A stretch of 64,000 nt of DNA from positions 3,289,136-3,353,135 of the forward strand of contig BCIN01000001.1 of NCBI GenBank assembly GCA_039545335.1. Direction: 5' to 3'. This stretch comes from Kondoa subrosea. Lineage: Eukaryota. Every line of letters starts with the position of its first letter. The stretch's first letter is position 1. Of this stretch, positions 10,972-22,098 are shown piece after piece. The notes below the pieces were generated by a model that searched no databases, was not told the origin of the DNA, and worked only from the letters and a program-made list of their open reading frames with translations. The position numbers and the translations under genes were made by a program.

Positions 10972-12258
10972 ATGGCAAAGAGACTGCTACTGGATGGCGG
11001 CATGGTAACCAGATCTGAAGCTGAGATCCCGTCCGATGTAAGCTGACTGTGCAAGCAGGGCACAACCTTAGAAGATGAATTCGGAGCAAACATCAAAACT
11101 TCCTTATGGGCTTCTCACTTGATAGACAAACAGCCTGACTTAGTTTTTAGAGTCCATTCCACTTTCATTTCTTCTGGTTGCGATCTGATCCTTTCGGCAA
11201 CGTTCGTTCTCTGTTCTTGCATGTCTCTTCTATTCCCTGCCTTATCCGGTTGCATGTACTAGATACCAAACTTCTCTTCCTCTGTATCTATCTCATGGGT
11301 ATACTGAAGCACAGGCGATTGCTTCTATTCGATCAGGCGTTTCGCTCTGTCAATCAGCATGCTCAGGCTCCGCTCTTGTTTGCCTAAGTCTAGGGCCATA
11401 CGGTGCTGTTCAGACTTCAACAGAGGGTTCAGCAGAATACACTGGTCGTTATACATCTCCATGTGGTCCTTTCCCTTCTTCTGCTACTGCATCTTTACCG
11501 TCCGACCAGGAATATGTCGAAGCATTAACAACCTTTCATCTAGATCGACTCAAGATCTTCGCCTCTTCCTCTGAAATATGGTCTCAAGTCAAACTCATCG
11601 CATTCGAGACTATTCCTCTTTTATCAGAAGGTCTAGCGATTCGATCAGCACTTCATAAACTCTATACTGCTTATCCTAATCTGGAAAAGAAAGAAGTGTA
11701 TTTATCATACGTTTTCCCAATGGGTCAATTGCCTCAATCCTTACTTGAACCAAATCATCAAGATTTCTCACCTTCTAGTATTGCTCAACAAACTTTTGAA
11801 GAGAAAGAAGGAATGGTAGTTCCTGATGGAATTGGAGTGAATTGTACAAAGTTGAAATGGATTAAAGGGATTGTTGCAGATTACGAAAAAGCAATGAGAG
11901 GAATGAAGGGAAAGAACAAGATATTGGTCTGTTATCCTGATGGAGGAGGATCGAGCTATCATCCTGATACGCAGGCAAGTATTCTTCTCTCCAGAGACAA
12001 GGATTGGCTTGACTGAGTAATCTGTCAGACCTGGTCGCAAGATGAGGAAAGTTTAAGTGAAGAAGATTGGGCCAAGGAGCTGGCAAAGGTAGGAGAAGAA
12101 GCTGCTGATCATGGCTGCTGGAGCACTGTGGTCCTAGGGGGTTGCGTGAGTTATTGCTTACTTCCAAACTACTGGAGTGGATAATCGCTGAAACTCGCTC
12201 ACAGTGCAAGGCGGGAACAAAGCATATTCAAGCGTTGGACAAGGCATGGAGTAGATAG
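10972..12258 (+). CDS. homocysteine S-methyltransferase (Sam4/Mht1 family)
   Basis: Motifs LLDGGM-GT, LGPYGA, AFETIP, GVNC, YPDGG and GGC|C (spliced); TAG at 12256-12258. Confidence 0.9.
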
Positions 12259-12346
12259 TAATGCAGTACTGCTATAACATGCATGGCCCTCGTCTTGTTT
12301 CGAGCTCATTGTTCCGTGACGACCCTCTTGTTGATCTGCACCAACC

Positions 12347-13864
12347 ATGTCCGACGTCAAGCCAAAGCAGAGCAGAGGCACCTCCTATAGACCGCCTAAT
12401 GGAATCACAGACGAGACTCCTTCGCACTCGTCGCAATTCACTATTGGCAAGCTGGATGCTGGAATTGCAGTCTTGATTGGCGAAGCTTCTCATTTGATTG
12501 AATTTCCTTCTCTACTACTACCACCTGGATCTGTACCTGGCTCGATAGTGTCTATATCTTGTTAGTGACTTCAGGCGAGAGATAACAGGGTCTTGTGCTG
12601 AAGTCTTGTCGTCAACGAAACAGGCCAACGGGACTACAAAGCAGAAGAAGCAGTGCGCAACTCTTTCTGGACATTGCAAGAATCTATTCTATCTACTTTT
12701 GGCTCGTCAACGCCTGAACCACCTCAACTCAAACTTCGCAATGTTACCCAAACCTCTGTCACGCTGGAATGGGCTCCATTGGTCTTGGCCAGCTCGAAGT
12801 TGGTCTCCTTGACTATTTGGAGGAACAATCAGCGTCTAGCAGCTATCCCTAATCCTTCCACGAATTTGTCGACCAAAATCTCAGGTCTAGAACTAGACGC
12901 GCCCTTCAGCTTCCATCTCGTGCTCAAGACTAGCGCAGGCACCTATTCTTCCAATATAGTCCGCACCAAAACCCATACTATACAAAATACTTCTGGTATT
13001 CGAGTTTGTTTTGGCACGGTGAATCCACCTTCAGTATTAGCAACCTTGAAAGAATCAATCAAAGAAATGCAAGCGGATTACTCAGATACTATGCAAATCG
13101 ATACGACCCATTTCGTTTGTACTGCCCCGGGCTCATCAAGAGAATCGCCTCAAGCAGGTCAAATGTATCAAAGAGCTCTACAAATGTCTATCCCTACCGT
13201 CTTACCTTCTTGGATTGAAGCTTGCAAGCAAGAAAAGAAAATGGTTCCAATCTCAAAACATTACTTAGGTTCTTCTACATCTTCACCTGTCTTACCTTCT
13301 TCTTCTTCTACTACACAATTACCTAGATCAAATTCACCAAATCCGGCGACAGTACAGACTACACCTACTATAGCTGTTCAAGAACCCGAATCCCCCTCTG
13401 ATTCAACACCCGCAGCTAAAGTTCATCCTCAAGAAGTTGATCCACCTGCTAAAATAGAGAAAGAAATAAAGGATGAACCCATTGAAGCACCTTTACAAGC
13501 AACGCATAACGAGATCACCAAAAATCCAGACGAAGTAGTAGATATGGAAGATGTAGTTCATGCAGCTAAAGAGACAGAGGAACCAAAAGGGGAACCAGAA
13601 GTAGCAATAGAACAGCAAGAGGAGGAGGTAAAGAAGGATGCAATTGCGATCGCTGGCGAGAAAGAAGTTCAGAAGACGGACGAAGCGCCTACAAAAGCTG
13701 AAGTTCAAGTAGAACCAGCTGTTGCTGTAACTCATCAGCCTGAGGTGGAAGTGGATGAAGCGAGTGAAGAGAAACAGGCTGACGAGGTCAAAGAGACAAA
13801 GGATGGCGTTGATGACGAAGGTTCGATATTAGATCCGGATGAGATGCAGGACGTCAAGTTGTAA
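12347..13864 (+). CDS. CHS5: exomer subunit Chs5 (N-terminal dimerisation, FN3, BRCT, acidic tail)
   Basis: [10 protein letters not shown]...[31 protein letters not shown]; one intron. Confidence 0.92.
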
Positions 13865-13955
13865 AACCCTTATTATGCATAGAATCTGCTGGACCATTTT
13901 ATCAATGAGCATGCCGAGAACCCAAAAAGCAATTCCACCCTTCCCATCCCTTCTT

Positions 13956-15042
13956 CTACGCTTGAGGTGCCGGCACTCGAGCAATTGAGTAGCTTGGAGG
14001 CCTGTCATTTCTAAAGCTCTCGCCCGACTCCCTGTTTCTATGTCCGCTGTACGATATCGCCGGCATAGCTGGTATAGTCGAGATGCTTTTGAAGTCGGAA
14101 TCCAAGCTGCTTCGGTCCATATTTTCAATTTGTGCGGTAGGGCTGGTCTTAACTTTCTTTCTTCCACAAGTGATGTAAACGATTAAGAAGAGAGCAAGGA
14201 CAGAGACGCAAGCGACTGTGCTGCCCGCGATGACTGCTGCAGAAGGTCTCGATGCTGTACTTCTGTCTTGAACCGAATTTGAGGGATCGAGGGCATTGCC
14301 AGCTACAAGCGAATCATTAGCTCAGACTTTGTTAAGAGAGTAGCACAATTACTATTGATATCATAGTCTGTTTCTATATAGTCCAAGAAGAGAAATGGAT
14401 CATCGGTAGCGTTCCCATTGGTTAGAGGATCGACTGGTTTCTGCTTGACTTCGATAGAGTAAGAACCTGCTTGAAGAGTAGCGCTCCGATAAAGCTCGCT
14501 TGTCGTCGAGTCTTCGGTGATGTCGACTGATTTGTGTATCAGTAATGGTTACAGCTAGCTAACAGAAGAATCTGCTGACATGAATCTTCTCCCGACCCTT
14601 CACCAGATAGCAATCCGTCCAGATACACTTCGAAGCTGTATAGTGAGGTTAGATCAAGCTACTGAACTCCGATTATCGGACTGACATGCCTCCATTCGCC
14701 TTTCGATTGCCAAAGATGCTGAAAGCAGTCCCGCTGAAATTGAAAGAATAGCTTGCATTGATCTGAACTGACTATTAGCACAACCTCATATCCGCTGGCA
14801 AGCTCACATCTGCGGACCAAGAGTAGGTTGTGTTTCTTGCATCTGCGACTTGTACATGACTATTGCAAACTAATCAGATGTGAGATCTGTACGTGTGTAG
14901 TCATTACTCACTGCCAAATTGAAGCATTGTCGTACTTGATAAGCGCGTCCGTGTCTTGAATGATTGTCTTGCCAGGAAGCTTTGAGATAGGGCTAGCGGA
15001 AGCAAAGAGCGCAAGGCAAGGAAGGACAGCTAAGCAAAGCAT
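13956..15042 (-). CDS. hypothetical type I membrane protein
   Basis: Signal peptide MLCLAVLPCLALFASA; spliced extracellular region with FSGTAFSIFG; TM VIAGSTVACVSVLALFLIVYI; cytosolic PPSY. Confidence 0.65.
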
Positions 15043-15473
15043 ATTGACGCGAAAAAAAAATGAACAGATAAGGACAGAGGAGGAAGAGGAGGAGAAGCAG
15101 GCTAAAAGTCATTTACGATATAGGAGTTGTGCCCAAAGCAGAGGCGGAATGTGCGATTCCGGAGTGCACATGACCAAAGCGAAGCTGAGCAAACTTGGGA
15201 GAATGGCGATTGAGAACAGTGGAGAGTTGCTCGAGCTACCTTCCTCTTGATTGGCTAGAGCCTGATTTCGACTAGACTAAACTTGTTGAAGTGTACGTAA
15301 ATGTTCTTAAGCCAAGACAGCCAGCAAGTTCGTGCATCCTTCTTCTGTGTGGCCCAATCGCAATAGTCTTCCTTCGCATCCCTTTTACTTGCTTCAGACG
15401 TGATTCATGAGCAAAGAGTGCCAAATTTCTGGTAACTCTAGCTAAGCTCTTCGGCTCTTGAAGTATCTTCACT

Positions 15474-16522
15474 ATGGCTCTTCTCATTGGTCCTCGCGAT
15501 CCAATCATTGCTTCTTCTGTTCTCCTGGATGTAACCGCGTATGCACCTGACGAACCATTCAATGCCTTGGACGAGTTCAAGAAGGCTCACTTGCCGAACG
15601 CCAGCTTCTGGGATGTCGAAGCGCTCGCAGAACCGAATGACGAAGGTTTTCTCCTCATGATGCCAAGTCCAGCAAGATTCGCTCGATTCGCTAGCCAATG
15701 TGGAATCACATCTGATAGGCATGTTGTGGTATACGATCAGCATGGGAACAATAGGTCATCACCTAGAACTGTTCTGGTCTTTAAGTAATTTATGTCTGTC
15801 TTACTGCTTCCGAGGCGCTGATTCCGCTGTACAGGGCATTTGGGCATGACAAGATCAGCATGATTGATGGAGGTCTACCTAGAGCTATAGCAGAAGGTCT
15901 TGATATAGTACAAGGTGAACCTAAGCATGTTGAGGTAAGTTCGGAATGCTCTTCAGTTGAAAGGTTTCTTCAACTCTTACATCATTCAGGCTACCGAATA
16001 TGCCGAACCGAGGCTACGAGACAACTTCATCCTAGGTAAGTCACCGTCTACATGCAATTATCTTTGCCTCTGACGCGAGTTTGGTAGGTTACGATCAGTT
16101 GAAAGAAGCTCTCATGGAAGATGCTGCTCGAATTCTCATCGATACTCGACCACCTGAGGATCTAGCTCTTGGGTCGATACCACATGCCTACTCTATTCCT
16201 TACACTACTCTTACCAAAAGTACCTCTGAACAACCTTACCAAACTTTCTTATCGCCGAAGGAATTCAAGGCGCAACTAGTCAATATCTTGGGGCAAGAGA
16301 AAGCGGACGATTTAATCATGAAGAAAAGGCCAGTAGCTAGTACTTGTTTGGTTGGGATTACGGCTTCGATGCTATGGATTCAGTTACAGAACATTGGCGT
16401 GCAGGGTCAAGTTTATGACGAGGTGAAATCTGATAGACCAGGTACTTCATTGACTAGCTGATATGTAGTTGATCTAGTCCTGGACTGGATATTCGCTGCG
16501 GCAATCTTTGGCACTCCCTGAT
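15474..16522 (+). CDS. tandem-rhodanese thiosulfate/3-mercaptopyruvate sulfurtransferase (Tum1-like)
   Basis: HLPNASFWD, VVVYD...SSPR, FGHDKISMIDGGLP, LIDTR, GSIPHAYSIPY, CLVGITA, YDESWT. Confidence 0.88.
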
Positions 16523-17270
16523 GATTGGACACTCGGGCGTTCCGCAAGTGACAGGCCAGCTCACGTGAGACGTAAAGAAACCTAGGTTCCGGAATGAGGG
16601 TCGCAAAAGGAGAGCTATTGCTGTCGTGTACGTCTCAGCTTTGGGCCTGTGTTGCGATGCTGTAATTGATTCAATAAGTTGGACAGAATTCCTCTCTCAG
16701 AAATGCTACAGCCACCCGACCTCTTGAACTTGCTTTGGATCTTTTCGTGAAAAGCTTGAAGCTTTGTTCTGGTTGCTCGCTGATCATGTAGGAATGTTCG
16801 ACCTATCGGTTCGGATGTAGCTGATAAACATGATCGGGTATTGCAGCCTCGCTTATCAGCGCCAAGTACACTTGCATTCATTATACCTTCCACCTAATAA
16901 TAGGCTAGGGTATGGACTGGCATGGAAAGTCCCAGACGAAAGTTTACGGTCATCGCAACACCTGTTCGAGAATGTCTTTGACTCAGGATCAACGCAGAAA
17001 TACTGCTGCAGAGAATGTACCTGAGTGAACAGACTAGGATGACCGATGATCAGTGATAGGGGAAGTAAGCTGCAGTCACGCTTGATTACGTAATAATGTA
17101 TTTGCAATATTGAAACTTGAAAGCATGGTTCTTCCAAGACCATTACGTTGAGTGAAGCAGCCTGCTTTGACTGAAAAGATTCTCCCTTCCCTTTGCACTG
17201 TCTTCTTCTTGTCACAAGTATTCTTATCATCCGAAAAGCGACTTGCATTCAACAACACGAAACTGCGTTT

Positions 17271-19725
17271 ATGCTGCCTGATTTACTCAACGCCTCTCTG
17301 GAAGAGATTCAACACGGTCTCGAATCGAAAGCCTTCACTTCTGTAGATCTTACGTTGGCCTATCTTAAACGCATAAGAGAGTTGAACACATTGAACGCTG
17401 TAATCGAACTCAATGCTGTACGACTAACGCTAGCCATCTAGATTTGTACTGAGATGTATGCTTAGTATGCTGTACCGGACGCTAGTGATCTTGATATCGA
17501 ACGCCAGAAAGGACAAAGAAGAGGTGCACTGCATGGGATACCGATTGTCAGCTTTCATGTCTGTGTTACTGTCAATGCTGATTCGATTGTTCAGCTGGTC
17601 AAAGATAATATTACTACGGCCAGAGTAGAGTGAGTCTTTATATATACTCTTGGGCAGTGCTGATCAGTTCAATGATCAGTCAGGTAAGACAGCCTGCGTG
17701 TAAGATGCTCTGTGCTCTCTCTGATTTGCTTAAACCCATCAGACGTACATGAATACTACCTCTGTTTGTAACGGCTGATCTCTGCCAAAGGAGGACTAAC
17801 CGATTTTACAAAGGGCAACCATGCTTTAGTGGGATCCATGCCCAAAGAAGATTCGACTGTCGTAAGAAAGCTGAAGTAAATCGTGCCTTATCTGCATATG
17901 TCAATGCTCACTCACGTTAGGGAAGCGGGTGCTATCATCCTAGGCAAAAGTTAGTCTAAATGCGATTCTTTGGATCAGAGCTAATACAACTCATTTACAG
18001 CGAATATTTCCGTGGATTTCCGATCCAGTGAAGGCTCAAAGTGAGTGGCTCGTCAGTCATACAATTTTAAGCTCAAGATCAGAGTAGCGGCTGGAGTGGA
18101 CGTGAGCTGCAAAATATGTCTCTGTTCTGCACTCATCGAAGACATACACACAGGTTGTGGTCAAACGTACGGTGCTTATGCAGAGAAGCAAGGTCCATGG
18201 GCATCTAGGTGAGCTTTCTTTATTTTGCAGGCGGGAAAGTCTGAGCTCCCTGCATAGTTCCGGTTCTGGTGTTGCGGCTTCGGCAGGACTATGCACAGTA
18301 GCTATTGGCACTGAGACTGTCGCTTCTCTTACCGCAGTTGCTGCTCCCAATCATATTGTCAGCAATGAATTCTTTAGTGTTGGATTCTTATCTGATTGAC
18401 TCCAACACCAGACAACTATTAAACCGACTGCTGGTCTGACCTCGCGATATCTCGTGATGCCCATCAGCAAAGCTCAAGAGTAGGTTTCTCCTGCACTCCG
18501 TTCACTAGCTAGCTCAAACACTAGCATTACCAGTACTGTCGGGCCTCTCGCTACGGATCTCAAGACATGTGCGGCCGTTCTCAATGCCATTGCAGGGAAA
18601 GACGATAAAGATCCTTTGACCTCAACAATTACTACCGAGAAGCTGCCCGACTATATCGCTGCATGCAAGACTGGAGCTTTGAAAGGTGCTCGTATAGGTA
18701 AGCTCTCTGCTGTTCTATGCTTTTGGAAATTTATTCTGTTTAGGCATACCGAGCAATTTTCTTGCTTCTTCTGCAAATGAGGCTACAGAAGAGGAGATGA
18801 CAGCTTTCCGTAATATCCTACCCAGATTAGAAGAAATGGGTGCTGTACTTCAGCATGATGCGAATTTCAGCGCATTGGAAGAGTACGAGAAGGCAGATTG
18901 GGTGAGTGGTCCTTCGACAAAGGAAAGAGGGTTAATTTGATCATTGGGACTTTAGATGCTACTGCACGAGATCGATTTTCTCGAAGGCACAAAAGAATAC
19001 CTTGAAAGCCTCACGCACAATCCATCTGGCATCAAAGATCTGCCGGATTTGATCAGATATACCGAGCTGTGCCCGGGAGAGATGACTGATACATATGATA
19101 CAGTAAGTCATGTCATGCTATTATTGCATCGGCTAAGCAAGGATTTAGGCTACCTGGCGCAGAGCGGTTGACAGGAAGATCTCAAGCTCTTCACCTGAAT
19201 ATGTTGCTTTAGACAAGAAGAGAAGCTATCTCGGCGGAGAAGGTACATTAGTTGGCGCTCTGGACAAGGTGAGAGCAATTCGGTCGATTTTTGTGTCTAG
19301 CTTATCGTGCTATTCAGTACAATCTGGATGCAATAATCTTACCTACATCAGAAAGCTCTTCTGCTGTAGCTGCTCTTTGCGGGCTTCCAATAGTCCAAAT
19401 ACCTATTTCGTAAGATGAGATCAGCAGAGGTTGTACACGGCTCACGCGCTTCTTAACAGTCGATATCCAGATTCAGCAGTTGGCAAAGTCGATCCTCTCA
19501 GCGGGATCGTCGAATATGGTCCAAATAGCGGTATCGGGCTCTCCTTCATCGGTCGGAGGTTTTCCGAAGAGACATTGATTGGGTTTGGATATGATTTAGA
19601 GCAGGCAACGAAGGTGAATAGTCCTCACAATCTGAATGTGCGCGAGTTAAGTTGTATTACAGGCAAGAAGCAAAGCTGTTCCCATGTACCGAGCCAAAAC
19701 GCAATTGGACGATGTTATGCAATGA
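17271..19725 (+). CDS. amidase signature family enzyme, many introns
   Basis: FTSVDL..AYL.RI, GALHGIP, VKDNI, GAIILGK, SSSGSGVA, GTET, IKPTAGLTSR, GLSFIGRRFSEETLI. Confidence 0.88.
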
Positions 19726-19940
19726 TACAAGTCTTCTCTTGATCGGAAAGCTCTCTGTGTTTGTCTGCCGTTGAAGTCGGCCTTACTGTCTCTGTGTCAA
19801 GCACTTGTTCAAATTCCGAACCCAGTTGAGCCTCTTGTCCAAAACGATCGTCATTGATAACCCCGGCAAAAACGTGAACTGATACCCAAGCCTGGAGATA
19901 GCCTTATATCTTGATACCCCGATAAATATATAGAGTCTCG

Positions 19941-21898
19941 ATGAGCGATTACTTTCCAGTCGGCCGATTCGATGAGAGCTTCAAAGCATTGGATCCAAAC
20001 CGATTTGTGGTAGGAAGCGTGGATGCTGTCAACAATGTGAAGCATGGTGAAGTTCTTACTCGATGGGGCTACGCAATGCAAGCGGACTCCAACCTCTTGC
20101 GACCTACGTACTTGGAGACACTTCGATATCAAGGCGATGAATTGGCTGATACTGTAGTCCGCGTGCTAGGATTGAAGCCAGGGAATGATAATCTGCGAAA
20201 GATTGAGCAATATATCAAGGATGTGCCATCAGAGAAGAGAGACTCGAGCGTGCAAGAATTCTGGGATCAGATGAACTCTTTACCTCCATTCTACAAGAAA
20301 TCGGACAAGCTTGAAGGGGAGCTGTATACGCCTAAAGCTACTATGGAAGCGAATAATCGACACGCTCGACCGAGTCTGACAGAAGGTCAAGCGGTCTACT
20401 GGCGATATACAACAGAGATTGCAGGTCAGCTATACTACAAACACTAGCGGACTTCTGCTGAGACGATGTCCAGCATCACTTCTACATTATTCTCTTACTG
20501 CTGGCTTCAGCGCGAAGAGGATTGTAAATGCTTTGGACGAGACAGCGTATCTAACTTCGCCAAAGTGAGCCTTTAGTAATTTGGCTCTTATCCTTCTATG
20601 TTGACATATCTTCAGTCGAGATGTAACATATCGAAGACTTCTAGAGACTGCTCAATTCATCAATGGTTAGTCGCGCAAGTTTAGCAGATTCTCTATTCAG
20701 CTGATCAAAACCTTGGTAGACTGCTTCGATGATATACAACCAGCTGTTTCCGTAGGCTGCCGCTCCGCCATTCGAGTACGACTTTTGCATGCTCAGTCAA
20801 GATTGCGAATTCTGGAGAAGAAAGGCTTGAAGAATAAGTATGATCCAGATATAGATGGTATCGTAAGTCTCACTATTGCTGCTATCGACGTGTCCCTGAT
20901 CAAGTGTAATAGCCAATAAATCAAGAAGATCTGATTGCAACTCTTGGTTCCTTTTGCATCGCACCTCTTTGGTCAATGAGACGATTGAAGATGGCTTTGA
21001 CCGAACAAGAAGAGACGTCTTACCTTCTCATATGGCAGCACATCGGCTACTACATGGGTATCAGCGTTTCTTTGCTCGAAAGACATTTCTCTACCTTGGA
21101 TGCTGCGGAAAAAGCCTTCGCGAGTTGCGCTTTCCATCTTTTTGCGGACTTGGAACCTGTTCTGGATCCGAAGACGAGTCATTCCTATCGATTGCTATTA
21201 AGCGTATCAAATAGACCTCCTCGTAAGTAGACCTTACACTTCCATATTAATTCAAAGTCAATGCTGTCGATAGAATTCACTCCTGTTGCGAATATGTGCT
21301 ATCTCAGTCAATTGTTCATGGGAAAACAATTAGCGGAATATCTTGGTTTACCTCAAGATTCCTCTTATTTCCAGCGATTCAAAGTGGATGCCGCTATGTT
21401 CGGTAGTCGGATGTTAGTCAAGTTTGGAAGATTTTGTAAGGTTTTCTTTGCTTCTGGTTATGTTTGTGAGGACAAAGCTGATTTGGTTGTGCGATAGATC
21501 GCCCAGGTTGGGAATATCAAAGACAACTTTTGACCAAGAATATCATCACTAGTGCGTGTATATTCAAATCGTCAATCGTATGGCTGATAGGCGTATAGTG
21601 CTTGTTGGTTGGCAAATGGGAGAAAAGCGGTCTATCTTCACTTTAAAGACTGAAGCTGATTTTGTGCGTTGGAAGACTTCCAAGAAAATTCCTGCTAAAC
21701 GGATCTCTCGACGTACAGGGCAAATCGCTTGAGGACATCGGTAGCGCAGAAGATATGGACCCCAACTTGGCCATGGGTCGAGCTGCTGGATTGGCTATAC
21801 AGAAGAAATGGAAGTATCTTATGGCTGAGATGGGTCTAGTCTGCGCTGGAGCTGTTGGATTGACTGGATTCGCGCTGTATCGGCTGATCTGGAGATGA
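19941..21898 (+). CDS. MpaB/Lcp-like (DUF2236) heme oxygenase with C-terminal membrane anchor
   Basis: GDELAD, RRLLETAQF, AIRVRLLHAQSR, PINQEDLIATLGSF, WQHIGYYMG; hydrophobic C-terminus. Confidence 0.82.
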
Positions 21899-22098
21899 CG
21901 AGTTATTTGGATAACTCTTCATAACTCTCGCGTAACTTTTGTTATGTTTGTATCAAGCATCACCTGTAGAGCAATATGACAACTGTAGATCAGTGTTCAG
22001 AGCTATGAACTCCATTATTCCACGCGTTCGAGCTTTGTGTTTACATTAGCAAATGCGAGACTTTTCCTCCTCTTCCCTGTGTGACCACTTAATGCAGT

